DNA from: Acaryochloridaceae cyanobacterium VAR_48_metabat_390
Lineage (GTDB): Bacteria; Cyanobacteriota; Cyanobacteriia; Thermosynechococcales; Thermosynechococcaceae
Reading direction: 5' to 3'
Assembly (NCBI GenBank): GCA_031422435.1
Contig: JANPLU010000060.1
Span: 1-10,353, forward strand
Length of the DNA stretch: 10,353 bases
The first letter of the stretch is position 1, and each line of letters opens with the position of its first letter. The notes beneath the pieces are model-generated. The model did no database searches and had not been told where the DNA came from. It was given only the letters and a program-made list of their open reading frames with translations. The position numbers and the translations under genes are program-made. This document shows, piece after piece, positions 1-5,354 of the stretch.

Positions 1-135
1 GAGGATTTTGCTAGGTTTCAGACAGCCATCTCCAACTGTATTGAGAATGCTCACATTATCCATGAAAAAGAACTGAAATCGTTACTCACTCTACGTTTTC
101 AGTCTCTTAAGAAAGCTCAGTTAATAACCGTCTGA
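1..135 (+). CDS. IS630-family transposase, C-terminal fragment (5' end outside the window)
   Basis: My translation of frame +1 (not in the ORF track) is EDFARFQTAISNCIENAHIIHEKELKSLLTLRFQSLKKAQLITV*, with TGA at 133-135. The 'F..F..AI..C......H..EL.SLLTL.FQ' tail is typical of IS630 transposase C-termini. Confidence 0.85.
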   Translation, partial: EDFARFQTAISNCIENAHIIHEKELKSLLTLRFQSLKKAQLITV

Positions 136-141
136 AGTATA
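1..141 (+). mobile_element. Right end of an IS630-family insertion sequence
   Basis: The transposase stop is immediately followed by AGTATA (136-141). IS630 elements insert at and duplicate TA, which fits an end at about 139-141. The left end is not visible. Confidence 0.7.
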
Positions 142-325
142 GTTGTTTGGTAAATGTTGTGTGAGGGCTGTCTGCCTATTGTCATCAGTCTAAAAAGCCC
201 ACTCTCAACATCAATGGGTTCTTGCTCGCTTTTGTTTAACCCGAAGTCATGTTACTGATGGGAAAAAGAAGAAGGCGGAGAGTGGTTGAGATTATTAGTG
301 TTTGCATCTTCACTTTTTGAGTATT

Positions 326-1711
326 TTATGGCGGAGCGGGAGCAGGTTCTGGAGCAGGTATCGGTGGTTCATAGATAGTTTCTGGCGGTGGTTCGTAAGC
401 AGGTTCTGGTGGTGGGAGAGGGGGTGCAATTGGTTCTGGTGGTGGTTCGTAAGCAGGCGCAGGTTCGATAGGTGCTGTTTTGGTGACAGGTTCTGGCGGG
501 ACATCTCTGATGTCAGGGCGTGGCGCTTGTTCTGCCTGACGTTGAGCACGCTCTTGCTCAATCTGCGCCTGTTCCGCCGCACGACGATTTTGCTCGGCTT
601 GAAAGGCTGCATCTTCCCGTCGCCGCTCGGCCTGCTGGCGCTGAAAATTTGAACCTTCTTGCTCAGAGGTGACGCGAATTTTAGCGTTGAAGCCGCTGTC
701 TGAGGCTTCGTATTTACGCCTGCGTACCGCCTCTTCTGCCTTACGATCTACTTCAGCGTTACCGCTTGACTGTTTGAGCCGTACATTTGTGACTTTTCCT
801 TTGGCATCTACTTCAAAGTCAAACCGAGCTGAACCTTCTGCCCCTAAATATTTATCCAGACCGCAATTTTTGACGCACTTCGGTTTTTTCTTGCCGGATC
901 GCTCAGGTTGCTCCATAGCTTTAGGCGGAGGAGATTGAATCGCTACGGACTGGTCTGTCGGCTTGGAATCGCCCCTTTCTTTCCCTGTTCCGGTTCCCTT
1001 ACTACTGCCGATGCCGTTCCCAGAACCTGACCCAATCCCAGATCCACTGTCCGATCCAATCCCTTTGCCAGTCCCGCTTCCTGAACCAAAGTTTGTTCCA
1101 GGCTTATTGTCGCTCTTGCTCTCCTTTCCGCCATCCTTCGCAACTTTTTCCAGTTTTTCGTCTGCTTTTGATTTAGATGCTGATGCTTTAGATGTAGGTG
1201 TTTTCGGGGATGGAAGAGGCGAAGCTTGACTCAAAGGTTTAGGCGAAGGTGATGGCAAAGGGGTTGAAGCAGGCGTTGGCTTGGGAGTTGCGACAGGCGT
1301 TGGCGTTGAAGATGGCGTTGGTTTGGGTGTTTCTACAATCTCCGGCTCTTCTGGAACAGGTATAGGTTCTGGGCTTGGAATAGCCTGAACAACCGTCTGA
1401 GGCGTAAAAGTTGTTGTATCCACTGCATCCGGTTCTGACGGAGTGGGGTTAAGCAGCGAAAATTGAGGACTGCCACCACCGCCGCCGCCACCCTCAGTTC
1501 CGTCAGCTTTTTGGTCTGGCTCATCCACCGTCAACTCAATCAGCTCTTCTTCTTCAGGCAGAACACGGCTCGATAAAAAATTATTGAGGCTCAGCGCGAT
1601 GATCGCCGCGCCATGCAGCACCAGAGAGCCGACCAGACTGAAGGCCAGAAATTTCTTGAGGGCTTTGGTTTCAGCCTCTCGCTGTTGCAATGAAGTCAAG
1701 GATAGGCTCAT
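326..1711 (-). CDS. tonB: Energy transducer TonB, cyanobacterial type, with Pro-rich and Gly-rich linker and a long C-terminal extension
   Basis: 461 aa. N-terminal anchor KKFLAFSLVGSLVLHGAAIIAL carries the SxxxH motif, followed by a Pro/Thr-rich spacer and a Gly/Ser tract. TonB C-domain: EGSARFDFEVDAKGKVTNVRLKQSSGNAEVDRKAEEAVRR. Divergent from exbB-exbD. Confidence 0.9.
   Translation of the reverse strand: MSLSLTSLQQREAETKALKKFLAFSLVGSLVLHGAAIIALSLNNFLSSRVLPEEEELIELTVDEPDQKADGTEGGGGGGGSPQFSLLNPTPSEPDAVDTTTFTPQTVVQAIPSPEPIPVPEEPEIVETPKPTPSSTPTPVATPKPTPASTPLPSPSPKPLSQASPLPSPKTPTSKASASKSKADEKLEKVAKDGGKESKSDNKPGTNFGSGSGTGKGIGSDSGSGIGSGSGNGIGSSKGTGTGKERGDSKPTDQSVAIQSPPPKAMEQPERSGKKKPKCVKNCGLDKYLGAEGSARFDFEVDAKGKVTNVRLKQSSGNAEVDRKAEEAVRRRKYEASDSGFNAKIRVTSEQEGSNFQRQQAERRREDAAFQAEQNRRAAEQAQIEQERAQRQAEQAPRPDIRDVPPEPVTKTAPIEPAPAYEPPPEPIAPPLPPPEPAYEPPPETIYEPPIPAPEPAPAPP
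380..457. repeat. 24-bp direct repeat (one mismatch) in the tonB 3' tail, encoding the repeated PAYEPPPE motif
   Basis: TTCTGGCGGTGGTTCGTAAGCAGG at 380-403 and TTCTGGTGGTGGTTCGTAAGCAGG at 434-457, 54 bp apart. A degenerate third YEPP unit lies near 362-373. Confidence 0.85.
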
Positions 1712-1726
1712 GCCAGGGGATTTTAT

Positions 1727-1741
1727 TGAAATTAGCTCTCA
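1727..1741. promoter_or_regulatory. Putative Fur box (7-1-7) in the tonB leader
   Basis: TGAAATTAGCTCTCA resembles the TGATAAT-N-ATTATCA consensus. It lies 15 nt upstream of the tonB ATG and is 13/15 identical to the site at 1931-1945. Confidence 0.6.
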
Positions 1742-1751
1742 TCTAGATTCA

Positions 1752-1780
1752 AAAATAAGACTCAATAGCAATAAAGTCAA
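1752..1780 (-). promoter_or_regulatory. Putative sigma70-type promoter for tonB with an overlapping Fur-like site
   Basis: The minus strand reads TTGACT (1780-1775), 17-nt spacer, TATTTT (1757-1752). A Fur-like 15-mer, TAAGACTCAATAGCA (1756-1770), overlaps the spacer and -10. Confidence 0.55.
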
Positions 1781-1929
1781 GCATCTGTAATGGAACTGAG
1801 GGTAGGGCTTGTCAAGTTAAAACCTAATGCTTAGCCTTGAAAGCTGTGTCCAGACTAGATTGCAGTAGCATTCCAACCTCATCTTTGCTCGCTAGGCGTT
1901 ATGCAGGAAGATTTAGTTTAAATTTTTAT

Positions 1930-1959
1930 TTGACATTAGTTCTCACTTAAATCTAATCT
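1930..1959 (+). promoter_or_regulatory. Putative exbB-exbD promoter overlapped by a Fur box
   Basis: Consensus -35 TTGACA (1930-1935), 18-nt spacer, TAATCT (1954-1959). The 7-1-7 Fur-like site TGACATTAGTTCTCA (1931-1945) overlaps the -35. Confidence 0.65.
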
Positions 1960-2006
1960 CTAGGGATAGCCTGAATTAAAAGTTTCTAAGACAGTGGAGC
2001 GCGTGC

Positions 2007-2669
2007 ATGAACCCAAGCGATGTTGTGGGGAGGTTGTTTTCTCAGGGCGGGGTGGTGATGTGGCCCCTGCTCATTTGTTCAGTATTGGCGATCGCCCTCA
2101 TTATCGAGCGGGGGGTATTTTGGTATCGCATCTATAGCCGTCAGCAGCGCCTGCTGCGAGAGGTGATTAAGCTATATCGACTTGAGCCAACGCTGGTGCC
2201 AGCAAAGCTCAAGCAGTATCGCGATGTGCCGATGGCACGGATTTTTTTGTCGGCGGTAGAGCTAGAAGATCCAAATCCTGAGGAGTTTCGATTGGCGCTT
2301 GAAAGTGAGGCTCAAGCAGAGATTCCTTCCCTGAAGCGCTTTAGCAACATTTTTGACACGATTATTGCGCTTTCACCGCTGCTGGGGCTGTTGGGAACAG
2401 TGTTAGGGCTGATCAATTCCTTTTCTTCTCTCAACCTTGGTGATATTGGCGGCACTAGCGGGGCCGGAGTTTCTGCTGGCATCAGCGAAGCGCTGGTTTC
2501 AACAGCCGCTGGTCTGATAGTGGCAATTTCCACTTTAGTTTTTGCCAATATCTTTAGAGGTTTATACCAGCGGCAGATGGCGCTGATCCAAGAGTACGGC
2601 GGGCAGATGGAGCTGATTTATCGGCGCAATCACGACAAACAGGGGGCGGTGTATGCGTCTACCCGATGA
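2007..2669 (+). CDS. exbB: ExbB (MotA/TolQ/ExbB proton channel family)
   Basis: 220 aa with GGVVMWPLLICS, SPLLGLLGTVLGLI and GISEALVSTAAGLIVAI motifs. GGAG RBS upstream; overlaps exbD. Confidence 0.95.
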   Translation: MNPSDVVGRLFSQGGVVMWPLLICSVLAIALIIERGVFWYRIYSRQQRLLREVIKLYRLEPTLVPAKLKQYRDVPMARIFLSAVELEDPNPEEFRLALESEAQAEIPSLKRFSNIFDTIIALSPLLGLLGTVLGLINSFSSLNLGDIGGTSGAGVSAGISEALVSTAAGLIVAISTLVFANIFRGLYQRQMALIQEYGGQMELIYRRNHDKQGAVYASTR

Positions 2670-3054
2670 ACCCGATATTCCGGCTCAGATTAACATTGTG
2701 CCGATGATTGATGTGGTGTTTGCCATCCTCACGTTTTTTATCATGTCGAGTTTGTTTTTGTCCCGAACCGAGGGGCTTCCGGTCAATTTACCGAAGGCTG
2801 CGACGGCAAAGGTTCAGCAAAAAACAAAGGTCGTGGTGACGGTTAAGCCGGATGGAGCCATTGCACTCAACCGCAAGGGCATTCAGTTAGCGCAACTTGA
2901 GCCTGCATTGAGGGCGTTGGTGCAGCCCCCCAACACTTTGGTAGTGGTCATCAATGCTGATGAAATGGTTGGTCATGGAAAAGTGATTGCCGTGATGGAT
3001 CAGGTGCGACGGGTAAAGGAAGCAAAACTGGCGATCGCCACCAAGCGCCCCTAA
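2653..3054 (+). CDS. exbD: ExbD biopolymer transport protein
   Basis: 133 aa. QINIVPMIDVVFAILTFFIM TM carries the conserved Asp; VNLPKA and VVINADEMVGHGKVIAVMD motifs are present. The 17-nt overlap with exbB suggests translational coupling. Confidence 0.95.
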   Translation: MRLPDEPDIPAQINIVPMIDVVFAILTFFIMSSLFLSRTEGLPVNLPKAATAKVQQKTKVVVTVKPDGAIALNRKGIQLAQLEPALRALVQPPNTLVVVINADEMVGHGKVIAVMDQVRRVKEAKLAIATKRP

Positions 3055-3129
3055 GAAGCGCTTGAATGATTCCACCTCTATCTCAGTCTCATTAAAAATT
3101 TGTAATCTTACTTTCGAGAATAAGTTTCC

Positions 3130-3873
3130 ATGACAAAAATATTCCAGTTTACAACTCTAGGCTTGTCCCTTGGATTGGCTACAGTTATGGCTGCTTGCGG
3201 CGGCGAAAGCTCATCAACTGGGGGCGCAGCAAATTCTAGCCTTCAAGGCACGCCCGTTGCACAAGAGACTGAAGCTGCCAAGGCCGATGCACTTGGCGCC
3301 GGGGAAAAAGCAAATGCTGAGTTTAAGGATAAATTGAGCGGTTCGGCGCTCTTGGGTGCTCTCCAGAAAGGAGGACATGTTATTTACTTTCGCCATGCTC
3401 AGACTGAAAAAGACTATGCTGACCAGGCCGACCCCAAGATGACGCTGGAGAACTGTGAAACCCAGCGAAAGCTGAATGATGTTGGCATCCAGCAGTCTAA
3501 GGACATTGGTGCAGCTTTTACTGCAAAAAAGATTCCAGTGGGTGAGGTAATTACGAGTGAGTATTGCCGCGCTTGGAAAACGGCGGATTTAGCGTTTGGC
3601 AAGCATCAAAAGAACTCAAAGCTTAACTTTTTACCCTTTGAAGATTACACAGATACTCAGGTTCAAGAGATGAAAGCTAACGTTATGCCGCTTTTGACCG
3701 TAGTGCCTAAAGGGGATAAAAATACGGTTCTTGTTGGACATGATGACATTTTTGAGGCTGCAACTGGTATTTATCCAGATCCGCAGGGGATGGCCTACGT
3801 GCTGACACCTGACGGTAAAGGCAGCTTTATCATTCAAGCAAATCTGCTGCCGGAAGACTGGGCAAAACTATAG
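3130..3873 (+). CDS. Histidine phosphatase superfamily lipoprotein
   Basis: 247 aa. Signal peptide ends in the lipobox VMAA-C. Catalytic motifs are VIYFRHAQT (RHG variant), L...G..Q, TSEYCRAWKTA and VLVGH. Confidence 0.85.
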   Translation: MTKIFQFTTLGLSLGLATVMAACGGESSSTGGAANSSLQGTPVAQETEAAKADALGAGEKANAEFKDKLSGSALLGALQKGGHVIYFRHAQTEKDYADQADPKMTLENCETQRKLNDVGIQQSKDIGAAFTAKKIPVGEVITSEYCRAWKTADLAFGKHQKNSKLNFLPFEDYTDTQVQEMKANVMPLLTVVPKGDKNTVLVGHDDIFEAATGIYPDPQGMAYVLTPDGKGSFIIQANLLPEDWAKL

Positions 3874-3937
3874 GTTGCTCTCAGGGTTTAGTACGAAAAC
3901 TTAGACCAACCAAAAGCTTACAGCTCGTGTGAACACG

Positions 3938-3974
3938 ATTTGTGAGCAATAGCTTAATGCTATTGCTCACAAAT
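3938..3974. terminator. Perfect 16-bp inverted repeat; likely terminator or transcript-stabilising hairpin after the phosphatase gene
   Basis: ATTTGTGAGCAATAGC (3938-3953), TTAAT loop, GCTATTGCTCACAAAT (3959-3974). There is no strong poly-U tail, so terminator function is uncertain. Confidence 0.55.
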
Positions 3975-4125
3975 TATGCATAGACATGGCGATCGCTAAG
4001 CTTTGACCTAAGCATCTACTTTTGCTATTTGTATGAGATTTAATTGTGAGACTTTCTTAAGTATTTAAGTCTTTAGCTATAAATAAATTGCTGCGGTGCT
4101 TGTTAGATAAGTGTTTGTTAGAAAA

Positions 4126-4150
4126 TGAGCGATTCAATCTTATTGATAAT
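4126..4150 (+). promoter_or_regulatory. Possible Fur-like site and -10 element upstream of the PepSY gene
   Basis: AGCGATTCAATCTTA (4128-4142) has the reverse complement TAAGATTGAATCGCT, which resembles the 1756-1770 site. It is followed by TGATAAT (4144-4150). No clear -35. Confidence 0.3.
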
Positions 4151-4213
4151 TCATAAGATTTTGGCTAAGTTCCCTCTCTGTATTTAGGTTTTATTTCAGT
4201 AAAGTTTTACCCC

Positions 4214-5314
4214 ATGAAATTTCGCAATCAACTGTTAACCTTCCATGGCTTAGTTGGCATTTTGGGAGGACTATTGCTGGTCATTATGGGCCTGACAGGA
4301 AGTGCCATTGTCTTCCACCAAGAGCTAGATCGCGCTCTCAACCCTCAGCTTATGCAGGTCACGCCCCAAGTCACTTCCGTTTCCATTGATGCAGTTTTGC
4401 AATCTGCTCAAAGCCGCTTGCCGAATAGTCGATTGGAATCACTTCGGATTCCTCGAACGCCAGAAGACACCTATCAGCTTGGCCTAAAAGCAACGCCAGA
4501 TACTTTGAGCGAGGTGTTTATTGATCCCTACACAGGCAAGGTTCTGGGGGTGAGACAAAGTAAGCAAACGATTATTAGCATCCTTTATGCCATTCACCAC
4601 GATTTATTTGCCGGAACGCTGGGGCTTTACTTGGTTGGCCTTAGCGGGTTAATTTTCATCGCACAGTCCATCACTGGACTAATTCTTTGGACGGGGTGGC
4701 GTAAATTGGCAAGCGGTATGCGAGTTCGTTGGAAAGCGCCGATTTGGCTGCTTAGCTTTGACCTGCATAATGTTGGCGGCTTTGTTTCTAATCTTTTTTT
4801 GCTGATTACAGGGTTTACAGGGGTGATTATTGTAGGCGCACATATTCTACTCGCGCCCCCTGCTGCTGAGGCGGAAGTACCACCCCCATTCCAGAGCGCG
4901 ATCGCTATTAGTGACCTGCTTCGCACGGCAGATGCTGCGATTCCAGAGGGCACAACAATGGATGTGTCTTTTCCAGACGCACAAAAGATGGTGGTCACAA
5001 AAAGACTGCCCCAAGATCATGCTCGGTTTTATTTCAGTACGGTCACGCTAGATGGGCGAACGGGCAAAGTTTTAGAACTCAATAAGGTTACAGAAACGCC
5101 GCCCATGTGGAAGTTTCTTATCCCTGTCGCTGACTTTCACTTTGGCACCTTTGGCGGTCTGCCCACGCGAATTCTGTACTTATTTGTGGGTCTAATGCCT
5201 GCGTTTTTATTTGTGACGGGTTTAACAAACTGGCGACGACGGCGATCTCTCGGGGCAAAGCGAGAACTGGCGATCGCCCAAGCTCAACCCCTGCAAAACA
5301 CTAGTGTTCGATAA
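4214..5314 (+). CDS. PepSY-associated TM helix protein (FoxB/PiuB-like putative ferric-chelate reductase)
   Basis: 366 aa with four hydrophobic segments and family-type His motifs (FHGLVG...GLTGS, IHHDL, LHNVGG, FHFGTFGG). Two PepSY-like segments (VFIDPYTGKVLG, LDGRTGKVL). Lies directly upstream of a TBDT. Confidence 0.9.
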   Translation: MKFRNQLLTFHGLVGILGGLLLVIMGLTGSAIVFHQELDRALNPQLMQVTPQVTSVSIDAVLQSAQSRLPNSRLESLRIPRTPEDTYQLGLKATPDTLSEVFIDPYTGKVLGVRQSKQTIISILYAIHHDLFAGTLGLYLVGLSGLIFIAQSITGLILWTGWRKLASGMRVRWKAPIWLLSFDLHNVGGFVSNLFLLITGFTGVIIVGAHILLAPPAAEAEVPPPFQSAIAISDLLRTADAAIPEGTTMDVSFPDAQKMVVTKRLPQDHARFYFSTVTLDGRTGKVLELNKVTETPPMWKFLIPVADFHFGTFGGLPTRILYLFVGLMPAFLFVTGLTNWRRRRSLGAKRELAIAQAQPLQNTSVR

Positions 5315-5354
5315 ATTGCTTTGACAAATTTGACTTGGAGTGTGAGAACTCATT

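Noticed and set aside
360..460. CRISPR-like repeat-spacer pattern
   Set aside because: There are only two good copies, they are in frame within the tonB coding tail, and no cas genes are present.
302..1790. Alternative ORFs overlapping tonB (302-652, 310-612, 669-938, 943-1143, 963-1229, 1333-1524, 1584-1790)
   Set aside because: These are shadow frames of a low-complexity Pro/Gly-rich gene. The Trp/Arg-rich and PDP-rich translations are what antisense reading of Pro and Gly codons produces.
3055..3129. Pho box, NtcA site or separate Fur box before the phosphatase
   Set aside because: There are no 11-bp-period PyTTAAPyPy repeats and no GTA-N8-TAC. Only a Fur-like half site (AGTCTCA) is present.
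3874..4213. Cobalamin or other riboswitch ahead of the PepSY-TBDT genes
   Set aside because: I could not find B12-box or other recognisable aptamer motifs. The region is AT-rich and promoter-like; an Rfam scan would settle it.
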